Positions 1-14,606 of a DNA stretch of 64,000 nucleotides are shown one piece after another. Every line of letters begins with the position of its first letter. Within the stretch, counting starts at the first letter, position 1. The notes beneath the pieces were generated by a model. It made no database searches, was not told the DNA's origin, and saw only the letters and a list, made by a program, of their open reading frames with translations. The position numbers and the translations under genes were made by a program. Origin of the DNA: Eledone cirrhosa (lineage: Eukaryota); NCBI GenBank assembly GCA_964016885.1, contig OZ024756.1, positions 21,824,001-21,888,000 on the forward strand. Direction: 5' to 3'.

Positions 1-210
1 GTGTATAGTTTATGATGGTAATGTTCGAATTCAGAGCAACCTTCATTGAACAGTGCCATGAGAAGGGATGTTCCAGTTGTGACCATCCCGACGTCTTAAA
101 GGTTTCTGTGTTTACTTGTGTATAGTTTATGATGGTAATGTTCGAATTCAGAGCAACCTTCATTGAACAGTGCTATGACTAGATTTATTTCCAGTTGTGA
201 CCATCTCAAC
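1..210. repeat. Tandem duplication of a ~117-bp unit
   Basis: GTGTATAGTTTATGATGGTAATGTTCGAATTCAGAGCAACCTTCATTGAACAGTG starts at 1 and again at 118. Confidence 0.8.
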
Positions 211-354
211 ATTTTAATGGTTTCCAAACGAAAGAGTTCTTTCTCTGATTTATATTTATTTCATTGTTTTTGAATGGTAATGTGAAACATGAGGTAAAGT
301 CATCAGTCGCTACATTTAGCAGATTAAACGAAGGTATAGACGCTCACACTTCAA

Positions 355-1660
355 GCAGCACCACCAAACCAGCACCACCACCACTATTACCAACAACACC
401 ACCATCACGAACAATATTACATCACCACTAGTCCTTTCACTTAAAACAACACCACAGCCACTACCACCAACACCACCACCACTACAAAAACCACTACAAC
501 AACAACCAGCACAAAACCACCACGACTACCACCACCACTAATACAAACACCACCACCACCATCACGAACGGTATTACAACATCACTACTAATCCAGTAAC
601 TTCAACTACCACCACAACAACCAGCAAGATAGCCATGATTAAATCGCTACCATCAAAACACCACTACTACAACACCACCACTTCAACATCACCACTACAA
701 CAGCACCACCACCTCCTTGTCCCCCATTACAACACCACTACCACCACCACCAGCACCACCGCCACCATAATCACGAACAATATTACAACATCACCACTAG
801 TCGTATCACTTCAACCACCACCTCACCACTACCACCTCCACCACCACCACTATAACAATACCACCGCCATTACAACATCACCACTAGTCGTATCACTTCA
901 ACCACCACCTCACCACTACCACCTCCACCACCACCACTATTACAATACCACCGCCATTACAACATCACCACTAGTCGTAACACTTCAACCACCACCTCAC
1001 TACCACCACCTCACCACTACCACCACCACCACTATTACAATACCACCACCATTACAACATCACCACTAGTCGTATCACTTCAACCAACACCTCACTACTA
1101 CCACCACCACCACCACCACCACTATTACAACATCACCACTAGTCGTAACACTTCAACCACCACCTCACCACTACCACATCCACCACCACCACTATTACAA
1201 TACCACCGCCATTACAACATCACCACTAATCGTAACACTTCAACCACCACCTCACCACTACCACCTCCACCACCACCACTATTACAATGCCACCGCCATT
1301 ACAACATCACCACTAATCGTAACACTTCAACCACCACCTCACCACCACCATCACCACTATTACAATACCACCGCCATTACAACATCACCACTAGTCGTAA
1401 CACTTAAACCACCACCACTATTACAACGCCACCACCATTACAACATCACCACTAGTCGTAACACTTCAACCACCACCTCACCACCACCACCAACACCACT
1501 ACCACCACCACTATTACAATACCACCGCCATTACAACATCACCACTAGTCGTATCACTTCAACCAACACCTCACCACCACCACCACCACTATTACAACGC
1601 CACCACCATTACAACATCACCACTAGTCGTATCACTTCAACAAACACCACCACAACGAAT
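355..1660. repeat. CCA-rich minisatellite (unit ~60-80 bp)
   Basis: Recurrent ATTACAACATCACCACTAGTCGTA(A/T)CACTTCAACC separated by (CCA)n runs. The ORF at 635-1069 is a read-through of this repeat. Confidence 0.9.
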
Positions 1661-2051
1661 AAGATATACCCACCATTGAATGACTAGCACAAGTAGAAAT
1701 AACAAAAACAACAACAGAGCTATCTGTAACACACTACTCAGCTATCATTACACATATTATGATGTCATTGAATCTAAAGATTTAAAAACATTTAAGGTAG
1801 TGCTTTAGAGTTTCTGCAACAATATTTGCTTTCCAGGCTTCAACAGTATATATAACTATTATAACAATAATATGAATTTAATATAATACAGACAAGAAGC
1901 CATAGAGTTAATACTTATTTATATACAAATATGCGATATACCGAGATTGAAAAAAGTTGTGACTCATCGAATAGCAATATACAGCAGCATCACTTACATA
2001 CACATACATACACACACACACACATACATACATACATATATATATATATAT

Positions 2052-2240
2052 AACGGAGGAAATGTGGTAAGGAACCAGGTGGACCATAACGCACCAAAGT
2101 ACTCAATACTTATAGTAGTAGAGTGGGTAATAGGAACGAGTAGGACCCCGACGGCTGAGCTCAAGCCGTTTCGACGGCTAATTCTGTCCAGAATTAGCCG
2201 TCGAAACGGCTTGAGCTCAGCCGTCGGGGTCCTACTCGTT

Positions 2241-2244
<4 letters not shown>
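2052..2244 (-). mobile_element. Fold-back element family A (Penelope-like pLTR derivative), copy 1
   Basis: Perfect 56-bp inverted arms at 2131-2186 and 2189-2244, plus an ~80-bp unique tail. Flanked by (TA)n. Contains the hammerhead 3' half GAAA-CGGCT-tgagctc-AGCCG-TC-GGGG. Confidence 0.75.
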
Positions 2245-2271
<27 letters not shown>

Positions 2272-2278
<7 letters not shown>

Positions 2279-2627
2279 TAAAATTAGTCCTTCATCAGTG
2301 ATCTTCCAACTTTCATTGGTATTTCATCGCTTTAAAAATCATATACCTCTGGTTGGTGCGAGCAATAACAAATGAAGTTATTGGGACAAGTAAAATAGGG
2401 TGAAACGAGCGAGACATGTAAACAAACAACGATTTATTTAAATGTCTCGCTCGTTTCACCCTATTTTACTTGTCCCAATAACTTTATCTAGTTATTGCTC
2501 CCACCAACTGGAGGTATATGATTTTTAAAGCGATGAAATACCAATGAAAGTTGGAAGGTCACTGATTAAGGACTAATTTTATTCATATGTAACCCATGTT
2601 CAACCACGCAGCTCTACATTTTTCTCA

Positions 2628-2628
<1 letters not shown>
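2272..2628 (+). mobile_element. Fold-back element family B (long inverted repeat in a TA microsatellite)
   Basis: Inverted arms ~2272-2417 and 2442-2588 with a few mismatches, plus a 40-bp tail. (TA)n on both sides. A single-arm relative lies at 60643-60885. Confidence 0.7.
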
Positions 2629-2676
<48 letters not shown>

Positions 2677-2679
2677 TAT

Positions 2680-2850
2680 AAGAAATGGCTTCTGCAGGAC
2701 TAGAACTGTTTCATTCGTAGGAGATCATCAGGAAGGCTTCCCTACGAATTAACAGTTCTGTAGAAATTAAATACTACATTTCTACATTAAATATTTATAC
2801 TCTGCTATGGATTGAGTACCTTACTTACTGTGGTTATCCCCGATTGAACG
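2680..2850 (-). mobile_element. Hammerhead-bearing short element family C (mutated cleavage triplet) with partial inverted copy
   Basis: Minus strand 2686-2737 reads cttc-CTGATGA-tctcctacgaat-GAAA-CAG-ttctagtc-CTG-CA-gaagcc. The tail ATTGAGTACCTTACTTACTGTGGTTA is shared, as reverse complement, with 40910-41022. Confidence 0.65.
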
Positions 2851-2885
2851 CGACACACACGCACACACACACACACACGCACACG

Positions 2886-3013
<128 letters not shown>

Positions 3014-3447
3014 TATGTAACGTCCAGTTACTGTAGGTTCACCAGAGTAAATACTCGTTGCGTAGTTTCCCGTAAGTTGTATATATAAATATATATGGTT
3101 TTACAATTTTATATAGAGATCTGGTTGCCAATATTTTTTGTGTTTTTAATTGGTGTGTATTTTCGCTTTTGTGTGTATATATCTGTATATGTACGTGTGA
3201 ATACAAGCGTACACTTTTTGCTAGTGTCATTTTCTTTCTATTTTCTTCCATTTTTATAGTCGTCACACCGTCACCCCCAGAAAACTAATGATTTAACGAG
3301 CTTAACACATGCTGAAACACAGGGAATCGTTAAATTGAGTTCAGCGATAATGACCTGTAAAATCATATGTACTGCCCTCAAACTGTGAGACTTGACACAT
3401 TAGGGGAGTAGAGATAATATGAACGCTGTCATTATATTTAACGAAAG

Positions 3448-3497
<50 letters not shown>

Positions 3498-4117
3498 CAG
3501 TGATTCAGCGAAAGAATCCATTATTTTAGTTGTTAAAATTTAATTGGATGTCAATAGGTTTGTTGAAGAAAGCAACAAAAAGGACTAGCGAAACATTAAT
3601 TTTCTATTTTATTAGCTAAATTCTTCAGCGGCTGTTAAATAAAATACAATTGAAATATAGGTTTCGTGCCCATGTTAAAGAATACTGGCCTTGACTCCAT
3701 GATAGAAATTATTATTAACTCTGTCTGCGAGGCGGTGTGGCGAAATTGGAAGAACACCTGGTTTTTTGTTCCACGAATTCACGTTTATATTTCAAATGCT
3801 TCCTATTTCATCTTCTCAAATTCGATTAAACAATTAACAGTCAAGTACCGAACTTTCTTTTAATGGATTGTTCCAATTATCTAACTTAAGTAAGAAAGCA
3901 TTAGTAGAATTTCTCTTGGAAGAAACCTTAGAACACCGTTTAAATTGCTCTGGAACATTTAGTTGCATTCTCTTATGATCTAATTACAAAACATGCCGAG
4001 GTTGAAATTTTTACTTCGTTCTCACTGCTGTCAATAAATAAAGTACTCGTAATATACGGTGGTTGGTTGAATTGTTTTTTTTTTTTTTCATAGATTTCTG
4101 TCATTATGTATATGCTA

Positions 4118-4342
4118 GAGGGCGATAGATTGGCAATATTGATAGAGAGTCGGACATCATGATTCTCAGCATAGAGTTATGTCCCTTTGCGTTCTAAGTT
4201 CAAATCCCGTTGAAGTTAGCTTTGCCTTTCATCCTAACGGGGTCGATAAAATAAAGTACCAGTAATGTACTGGAGTCGATTTAATCGACTTTCCCCTCCC
4301 CTTCAAATTGCTGGCATCGTGCCTCAAGTAGAAACAATTATT
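4118..4342 (+). mobile_element. tRNA-derived SINE (Nin-domain-like core)
   Basis: A-box-like TTGGC...G, B-box-like GTTCAAATCC, core TTTGCCTTTCATCC...GGGGTCGATAAAATAAAGTACCAG, and an (ATT) tail. Many copies in the window. Confidence 0.85.
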
Positions 4343-4764
4343 TTGATGCTAGAAACCAGTGATAGGATGAAGAGTGGAAAAATCTCTAAAACTCGGGACG
4401 AAATAAATTTATTTATTGACGTTTATTTTTACTCTAACCTATCACCATGGTCGATTTTCTTTTCATTCCTCAGAGGTTGATATAAAAAGCTGTCAAATAT
4501 TGAAGCTGATTTAATCGACAATACAATGACTCCCCCAAAATCGTGGCCGTATGCCTCAGCTTTTGTTCGAAATCCTTATTATCGGTGACATGTTAATTAC
4601 CGGATGTTGGCAGTCAAATTTGTAATATTCTTGTCAGCGAAAAAACGAGTCAATGGAATAGATAAGGCATTGGATTAACTACTCAGAGATCTTGCATTCA
4701 AATTCACTTCACATGCGCTGTCACAAGTTTGGGCTTAGTAAATATTATTTATGTTCGTCTACAT

Positions 4765-5225
4765 ATTTTAGGCCTTTCGCTAAGTACCGGTCGCTCTCTG
4801 ACAGGTTTGTAGTCGTGCCCTTGGCAGTGGAGGCTTCTGGTATCATTGGCCCAAGGGCTACCTCCCTACGTACCACCATAGGCGCTGAGCTGGCCAGCCG
4901 CAGGTGTGAGCCTCGCGAGTTGGAATGGCTCTTCCAGCGCATCTTCCTTACCATCCTTCGGGGAAACACCTTCTCCATTCTGTCCGCCACGGCTGTGGGG
5001 AGGCCAGCACGTGGGACGCCATTTGTTCACCATACAGAGAGATGGGGAGGGCGAGATAGATGGAGGCGATGACAGTGGGAGTTCGGCTCTCCCACGTTCA
5101 GACCATATCCTTGTGGTTGCATTTGAACTATGGGACGCACTTTTTAGGCCTTTATGTAGCGTTCACCTGCGAAGTGTTAACTCAGTTAGACAGCCGCTGT
5201 ATCATCACATGTCCTATCATTCTTC
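4765..5225 (+). mobile_element. Non-LTR retrotransposon 3' end, CRE-like clade (restriction-like endonuclease C-terminus plus 3' UTR)
   Basis: Translation AKYRSLSDRFVVVPLAVEASGIIGPRA...LFQRIFLTILRGN fits the KY...P(L/I)AVE.G...QR(I/L)S...RGN pattern typical of CRE-clade ORF ends. The stretch is GC-richer than its flanks. Confidence 0.7.
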
Positions 5226-5834
5226 CACTACTACTATATATATATATTATAGTTAAATAGAAGATTTTCAACTCTGGAATATTTCAGGATGGCATAATGA
5301 GTGACAGAGAGAGTGAGATAGAGGGGGGAGAAGGAAAGGAAGTAGAGAACTGCCATTCAGTAACATTGGATAATTTATTTTCACCGTTGTCTTTAACTGC
5401 TGTTTTTTCTGGTAAGCTAATTCGACTAAAATATATGCATGTGTGTGCGTTTTTTTTCCTGTCAGAATAGAACGAAACTTTTACAAACGAGAAATGGGAA
5501 CAAATTTAAACCATCCGTAAAAACCAACTGCAAAATCCATCTGGAAAAAAATAATAAGCTCATAAAAATGTTTAGATATATTATAAGGTTTGGAGTAATT
5601 CGTATATGGAAAGCTACATTGTCAAAAAAGATCGTTGTGTATGGATAATATAGAAGATAATGGGCAGTTACTGGGAGACAAAAATAGGTAGAATTAGGGA
5701 AGAATGGTTTTTCCAATAGAATAAATACAAAAAAGAATCTAAAAAGCCTGGGTTGTTGAAAATTGAAATAATACAAAACTGGAATAAAAAAGCAGATGTA
5801 CAATTCCTTCCCATTAATAACTATTATTTTCGAT

Positions 5835-6066
5835 GAGGGCGGTGCATTGGCAGTATCGGTAGAGTCTGACACCATGCTTTGCAGCATAGAATTACGGCCC
5901 TTTACGGTCTGAGTTAAAATCTCACCGAGATTAACTTTGCCTTTCATCCTTACAGGGTCGATAAAATAAGGTTCCAGTAATGTACTGGGGTAGATTTAAT
6001 CGACTTTCCCTCCCCGCCAAATTACTGGCTTTGTGCCTATACTAGAAATCATTAATAATTATTATT
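5835..6066 (+). mobile_element. tRNA-derived SINE
   Basis: Full-length match to the window's SINE consensus, with an (ATT) tail. Confidence 0.85.
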
Positions 6067-6124
6067 TTCTATGGATTTCCGTTGGTTTCCTTAATGTGTT
6101 TCCCAGTTGACTGATAATTATTTT

Positions 6125-6242
6125 ACCCCAGGGGGAAGAGGATTCGATTAAATCAACCCACGATGTTACAGGTACTTTATTTTATCGACCAAAGGGATTA
6201 AGAGACGAAGTTGACTTTGTTTTATATGAACTCAGAATGTGA
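6125..6242 (-). mobile_element. Degenerate SINE fragment
   Basis: GGTACTTTATTTTATCGACC...TGAACTCAGAA is the reverse complement of the SINE core. Confidence 0.6.
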
Positions 6243-6619
6243 AACTGGAAATAATAAGAGAAAGTATTTTGTCCTTCGTTGTAATGATATTGGTAGACAA
6301 CCGCCATAAGTATTATAAAGGGTATTATCCGACCTGATCCTGGGTCTGTGATGTTTTGTCCTAATAAAAATTATATAGCAGCAATAACTGCAACAATAAC
6401 AACAACATAACACTATCAGGCACAAATCATCACGAGTATCCGATTAGAAATCTATGTTATCGAACCTTCCCTCCCTGGTAGGTTGAAATCAAATTTGACC
6501 CCTCTCCCTCAAACCAGGACCCGATAGATTTTAACCTAAGAACCTCCGAATGCCGCAACTAAATATCACGTACTTCTGAATTACATACCATACCGATTCT
6601 GCCATCATAATAACAATTA

Positions 6620-7480
6620 TCCTTTCAACAATAACAACTACACCATCAAAAACAATAGCATCAGCCATAACAACACCACCACCAACAACAACACCGCCAC
6701 CACCACCAACAACAACACCGCCATCACCACCAACAACAACAATAACAACGACATCAAAAGCAACAACATAAAAAAACAACATCAGCAAGGACAACACCAA
6801 CAACAACAACAACACCGCCACCGCCGCCACCAACAACAACAATAACAACAACATCAAAAGCAACAACATCAAAAAACAACAACATCAGCAAGGACAACAC
6901 CAACAACAACAAGAACACCGCCACCACCACCACCACCAACAACAATAACAACAACATCAAAAGCAACAACATAAAAAAACAACAACATCAGCAAGGACAA
7001 CACCAACAACATAAAAAAACAACAACATCAGCAAGGACAACACCAACAACAACAACAACACCGCCACCGCCGCCACCAACAACAACAATAACAACAACAT
7101 CAAAAGCAACAACATAAAAAAACAACAACATCAGCAAGGACAACACCAACAACAACAACAACACCGCCACCGCCGCCACCAACAACAACAATAACAACAA
7201 CATCAAAAGCAACAACATCAAAAAACAACAACATCAGCAAGGACAACACCAACAACAACAAGAACACCGCCACCACCACCACCAACAACAACAATAACAA
7301 CAACATCAAAAGCAACAACATAAAAAAACAACAACATCAGCAAGGACAACACCAACAACAACAACAACACCGCCACCACCACCACCAACAAGAACAATAA
7401 CAACAACATCAAAAGCAACAACATCAAAAAACAACAACATCAGCAAGGACAACACCAACAACAACAATAACAACAGCATA
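6620..7480. repeat. CAA-rich minisatellite (~115-bp higher-order unit)
   Basis: Repeated ACATCAGCAAGGACAACACC and ACATCAAAAGCAACAACAT among (CAA)n. Confidence 0.9.
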
Positions 7481-7990
7481 ATGTGTCCTGACTCCTTTTC
7501 TATTACTTATTGGTTTTATAAAACCTGTGGAATTGTCTTATAGACTTTTATTCAGTTAATGTTTTAGCAGAAGACTTACAGCAATGCTGTCAGTTGCGAT
7601 TTACATTACGAGATCACAGAGAAAGGCAAACATGTCATGATAGTAAGAGGATAAAGGGATAAAAGAATATAGCTGCCATATTTAATATCTGATGAAATAT
7701 CAGAGATCAGATGTTGGAAGTCCGAAAATATAGAGAACAGATGAGAGAGAGAGAGAGTGTGTGTCGAGGGAGAGAGAAAGAAAGAAAAAGAGAGTGAGAG
7801 AGAGGCAAGAATGATAGAAAGATAGAGACAGTGATAGGGAGGGATGTAGAAATCTATATGTATATGTGTGTATACATCACCCAAATATATATATATATAT
7901 ATATATATGGAAGAGAGACGGTGAAAACGGGAGATAGATAAATATATAGATATAGATTTATATTAATCATGATATAAACAACGTTGATTA

Positions 7991-8175
7991 AATAATTGCT
8001 TCTACTTTTGGCACAAGGCCAGCAATTACCCCAGTGTATTACTAGTGATTTATTTTACGACCCTGTAAGGATGAAAGGGAAAGATAACCTCGGCGGGATC
8101 TGAACTCAGAACATAAAAGGACATAACTCTATGCTGCGAAGCCTGTTGTCTGACGCTCTACCGATACTGCCAATT
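7991..8175 (-). mobile_element. tRNA-derived SINE
   Basis: Reverse complement of the SINE consensus. Confidence 0.85.
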
Positions 8176-8541
8176 AAGGGAAATAAGTAATGTAGCCCAA
8201 TAACATGAAATTAGATAAACAGTTTAAAGATTGATATACGAAAAGAGTCACCTAAAATTTTCCAAATTACCAGAATCGTCAGTATTAGGAAAATCGTCAG
8301 TATTAGGAAAATAGACATAACACTAACCCTTAGCGATTCTAAAGTAAAAAGGGGAATTTAAGTAAAATAATTTAAAACATCAGAAAATATATTTATGACT
8401 AAAAATCCAGACATCGCATTCCTTTTTGGAAAGCAGACAATTACAAACATGTCTTATTGGACCTCATCAGCATAGCATACTCTATACAAACTTGCTTTGA
8501 TCAGCAGAGAAAAGGTTGAAAAATATCATAGACATTAAATG

Positions 8542-8697
8542 ATGGCAGAGAATTGGCAGAGTTTTTAGAACGGATAGGATGTTTTGCGGTATTTGTTTCG
8601 GCTCTCTGTTGTAACACTACCGAGGTCAACTTTCCCTTTGATCCATCTGAGATCGATAGAAAAATACCAGTCAAGTACTGGGGTCGATTCTCCCTCT
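8542..8697 (+). mobile_element. SINE, second subfamily head with the same core
   Basis: TTGGCAGAG...TAGAACG head followed by a degenerate core. Similar to 49786-49931. Confidence 0.65.
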
Positions 8698-9462
8698 ATA
8701 TCTCCTTCGCATTTCCAATCCCTCAAACTCTATCCTTCACTGAAAGAAATCTGTTGTATCCCGATCTGGAGAGAATTGGGATCCACCACGTTAAAAAATA
8801 CCCTGGTAAAGCCATATATATATATACGGTGCTCCTACGACTCTCTGGGGAATTACGGGACCATGCATGTGTAGGCTTAGAATATAATTCAGTGTAAAAA
8901 GTTCAATTAATTCAATCTATATTCGCTGTTACAAACCTAAATATCACTTGTCTAGGAAAAATTGTCAATCAACTGAGATTCTCCGCCTAGTTTTAAGTCT
9001 GCAGAGTATAATTTCTTTCGCTCATATATTTGACGGTTCATCTCAAGATACGATGCAAAATGAACATATTCCTCTGAGATCTAACAAGATCGAAGTATGC
9101 TGGTTTCTCTCACCAAGTCCGCTCACACTAGATTTTCGTAAAACGTTCCGAAAATTTAGATAATTTCAGACTTTCGGAAGTTCTTTAACTAATTTACATT
9201 CATGGACTTGAACCAGACCAAAGGAAGTTTTGTAATTGAAATTGCGAAGATAGATTCAGATGAAAGAGACTTTTCCCACTAACAATGCTAGAAGGGATCG
9301 CGAAGAAACCGCAATTGAATAAAGGACCCAATACATTAGTAGAGAAGATACACATTAATTTCATATAGAAAGGACCAGAATTGTACCATTAGTTTGAAAT
9401 AATCAGAAAGTATGATTTGAAGCGAATGAAACAATTCTATTCATGTAGCAGTCATATGTGGC

Positions 9463-9534
<72 letters not shown>

Positions 9535-9535
<1 letters not shown>

Positions 9536-9750
9536 TCCCCAATTTTGTTCTCATTTTTCCCGTTCCTTTCTCTCATCACTCTTTACCCTCTATTTATCTT
9601 CTATTTCTAACTCCATGTTCTGACGAAGGACTAGTTTCCGAAACGGTAATATTATTTTCCCGTTATTTCAAGCATTAAACTAATATATTTTTTCCATATA
9701 CTGTGCTGTTTGTTTGGCTATTTCTGATATTTCTGTTTACATCTTACTTA
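9535..9750 (+). mobile_element. Hammerhead-like short element family D in (TA)n
   Basis: CTGACGA(9620)-AGGActagtTTCC-GAAA(9640)-CGGTAATAT. A paralog lies at 34340-34560, and 3' tail fragments at 20765-20840 and 29057-29100. Confidence 0.55.
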
Positions 9751-9930
9751 TATATATATATTAATAAATTGACGATATCATATTACTATGTAGTGCTTCG
9801 TGCATCCATGGTACTGCAACATCGTGCTATACAATATCTTACTTAATGCTAACTGGAATGAATCCAGTAATAGAGTATTTCACTTAGAGAATCGGTGGTG
9901 TAGTGGTAATACTGCACAAAATAATTATGG

Positions 9931-10008
<78 letters not shown>

Positions 10009-10015
10009 GTATTTT

Positions 10016-10050
<35 letters not shown>

Positions 10051-10077
10051 TTATAATTTCAGAAACGAAATATATTA

Positions 10078-10110
<33 letters not shown>

Positions 10111-10440
10111 TATTGTTAGATAGATATTCCTACACATATGTGGGTTTATATATTTATGTGTGTGAATATCTAACAATATATATATATAGCGAGAGTGAGG
10201 TAGAGAAGGACGGTGATGTAATTCATATGTTGTAATCATATTTTAGGATGCACATTATATCTTATAAAGACATCTGGAAATACATTAATAGAGCAACAGC
10301 TATCTCGGCTTGCTTCTAAATTGGGAGAGGCTGGGGAGAAATAGACATTGATAATCGCCCAGATAGATCAATAAGTATATAGTTTGAAAAGTAAATAGAT
10401 AGATGGATGGATAGAGGGATATATATATATATATATATCC

Positions 10441-10532
<92 letters not shown>

Positions 10533-10575
10533 TTATATATATATATATATATATATATCCCTCTCTCTATATATA

Positions 10576-10704
<129 letters not shown>

Positions 10705-10717
10705 CTCTCTATATATA

Positions 10718-10760
<43 letters not shown>

Positions 10761-11039
10761 GTATATATATAGGTATATATATATATACAGAGAGAGAGAG
10801 ATAGAGATGGAAAGAAGAGAGATGAGATGGTAGGGAAAGAAATAAAGACATTTGGAGGCTACATTAGTTGTGATGTTATACTATGCTGTAATCTTATATG
10901 ATTCCGGAGTAGTTCACATCTTATGAAGACATCTCAAAGTACTAAGAATTCCCGAACAGCTTCTACATACATAGACTCAGAAAATAACAGAATGAGATAG
11001 AGGTGTTGAGATGGACAGAGAGGTAGAGAGAGTTAGAGG

Positions 11040-11082
<43 letters not shown>

Positions 11083-11220
11083 GTATGTTTTTATATATAT
11101 ATATATATATAAGGGTATGTTTATATATATATATATGGGTATGTTTATATATATATATATATATGGGTCTGTTTATATATCTATATATAGGTCTGTTTTT
11201 ATATATATATATGGCGTGTT

Positions 11221-11254
<34 letters not shown>

Positions 11255-11575
11255 TGGATTCCTTGTGATATTTTTGATATGAATATAATCATAATTGAGT
11301 TTATACAGCAAGTCCACGATTGTTAGACAACCAATATATAACATTAACGATATCTAAACATATGGATGAGTTTCTACAGGAAGGAAACATTTGATTAAAT
11401 ACTTCCGTATGTGTGGGCTTTATGAAAGGTCCTCCACCTCATACCTAAAGGATTGGCTTTAGATGAGTCAATTGAGTGGATAATTATATTGGACTTGTTG
11501 CTCAGAGGTTGTATATACATTGTTAACCTTGTTGATAGCTATCTATCGTCATTATCATCATCATCATAATAGTCC

Positions 11576-11615
<40 letters not shown>

Positions 11616-11616
<1 letters not shown>

Positions 11617-11808
11617 GGGCGGTGGATTGGCAGTATTGGTAGAGGGTCGGACGCCATGCTTTGCAAGCAAAGAATTATGCCCCTTTATGGTCTGAGTACA
11701 AATCCCGCCGAGGTTAACTTTGCCTTTCATCCTTACGGGGTCGATAAAATAAAGTACCAGTAATGCACTGGTGAATTGCTGGCCTTGTGCCAAAAGTAGA
11801 AACTATTA
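11616..11808 (+). mobile_element. tRNA-derived SINE adjacent to an (ATT)n tract
   Basis: Near-consensus full-length copy. Confidence 0.9.
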
Positions 11809-11979
11809 TATCTTATATATTTCTCTGTTGGAAAACCCCTGAAAGTTGTGAACTAAGCGAGGGTAATTAATGGGAAACATTTTTCTTACCGAAAAATCGA
11901 ACATAACGAAAGGGAAGGAGATGGAGCGAAAAACAACATCGAAGTTAGCAAACATACAAATATATATATATATATATGT

Positions 11980-12025
<46 letters not shown>

Positions 12026-12418
12026 ATATGTGTATGTGTGTGTATGTATATGTGTGTGTGCGCGTGTGTGCGCGTGTGTGTGTAATTATGTGTGTATGTG
12101 TGTGTATGTATATGTGTGTGTGTTTGTGTGTGTCTACATGTGTGTGTATATATGTGTGTGTATGTATGTATGTATGTATGTGTGTGTGTTTGGTTATGTA
12201 CGTATGTGTAACTGTATGTACGTATGTATATATGTGTATGTACGTATGCATTTATGTATGTGCATATACTTATGTATATATGTGTATGTACGTATGCATG
12301 TACGTATGTATATGTGTATGTACGTAAGTATATATGTATATCTATGTATATTTTATATACACACACACACACATAGATATATATATATATATGTAGATAT
12401 ATGTAGTGTCAGTGTGTA

Positions 12419-12455
<37 letters not shown>

Positions 12456-13381
12456 GCAAAAATACACACATACATATGTATCAACATGTATGTGTATAAA
12501 TAAAAGCAAGGAAAAGAAAATATATATATTTATATATATATCCCTAAATCTTAATCAATATAAAATAACAATATACAAAAATAAAAAAAGAACACGTGTT
12601 AGACTATGAAAAACTAGAATAGCTAACTCTAACTATTTTCTATCTTTTTCTGTTTACTTTATTTTTTGTCGATCTGCAATTGGCATCAGATTAGATTCCC
12701 ATCAAACATATTGGATACGATTCTTGGGCAAAAAAAAATACACATGCATAAATAAATAAAATAAATAAGTAAAATAAAATAAAAGAGAATTTTTTGTGAT
12801 CGTAGAAGCTGCTTTCCTTATATGTACCAGAATCCCTGGAGAAAATTGTATGGAGATGGAGATGAGAAGAGGTTTTTTGATGCTTACGAAAATAATAAGA
12901 CGCAATGCGTTACAGAAAATCAGCTGCCATTTTGGCTATGGATCGCTTCAATTGTATACGTTAGTTTTGATAATCGAAGTAATGCAGAGTGCGTACTAAG
13001 GTATATGTAACTTATTCATGAGCATATATTAACATAATATGACCATGCAGAGGCAGCTATGCATATATGTATATTAATATAATATTGGTATGCAGATGCA
13101 GATGTTTATATATGTATATTTTCAAGTGCGTATATATAGGTTCTATTTGGATGGCCGTTGACACTGTTGAGTTCCTACGCCCTTTATCGGGTCTTGTATT
13201 TCATCCTGCAGGGTGTCCAAATATCATCCTCCTCACCAAGCAAACTTGGTGAGGTTGCCGATTTGGTAGTCGAAACCACCGAGAATGCGATAGCTCGTCT
13301 AACTTCCCTTTCTATCGTACCATGTATCGAGTATTTTTTTTATTTTTTTATTTATGATCTTCCCTGTCCAAGTTCCACAAA

Positions 13382-13700
<319 letters not shown>

Positions 13701-13776
13701 AGTATATATAAATACATATAAATTATGCTTTGGAAAAGCAAACAAGATAAAGAAAAATAATTACCTATTTACCAAG

Positions 13777-13829
<53 letters not shown>

Positions 13830-14396
13830 GAAAATATAGAAATTAATGTGAACAAGAAGCCAACAGTATTTCATAATATATGTGACTATAACGTCAAAAT
13901 AGAAAAAAATTAACGTAAGATATGGGAAAATAATTCAAACACAATTAAAAAAAAATCAATCAGAGATTGTATCCACAGATTTTATGAAATCAAGGGAAAA
14001 AGCCAATAGAGTCTTAACTCAGAATAAAATAAAGTTAAAATACTCATCCTTCAATTTCTAAAAACTACAAATGCTTTATATAGTCTTAAAAAGACTATTT
14101 CACGAAACTTTTCAGTGGGATTAGTCACGGTTGGAGTCGTTCCTCAGTAGAGCTCAACACGATCACCTAAAGGTTCCACTGCCAAAATATGTCAAAAGGG
14201 GAATTTAAAAGCAGGCTAGTTCACCTCGTGCGGAATTATCAAAATAAACACACATGGAGAGACATGGCTGGTGACGTCAGAATGAGACGAATGTCTATTT
14301 ACAAGAAACAGCAGTCAAAAACATTCCGAAAAAACTCTACAAAATGTAAAGAGTTCATCAAAATAGCAATATTATCGCGGTTTATAAAAAAAAAAA

Positions 14397-14441
<45 letters not shown>

Positions 14442-14565
14442 ATATAAAGCAAAAGCTGTAAGTCTCCTACTTCCTCTAATATACCCACTCTGCATCAAAA
14501 CACGTATCTAGTACTTCTTTACTTCTTTGGCTTGTGGACTTCGCGATCCCAGTAGCGTAGATGAT

Positions 14566-14602
<37 letters not shown>

Positions 14603-14606
<4 letters not shown>

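Noticed and set aside
635-1069. His/Thr-rich ORF, and likewise the hydrophobic ORFs at 6531-7427 and 55738-56571
   Set aside because: Read-through of minisatellite or low-complexity DNA.
4118-4215. tRNA genes at SINE heads
   Set aside because: A/B-box-like motifs continue directly into SINE core and tail, with no complete cloverleaf.
13244-13300. Hammerhead-like TTGGTGA-GGTTGCC/GGTAGTC-GAAAC...GTC
   Set aside because: Two core substitutions, a bulged helix III and no clear stem I, so it cannot be supported by eye.
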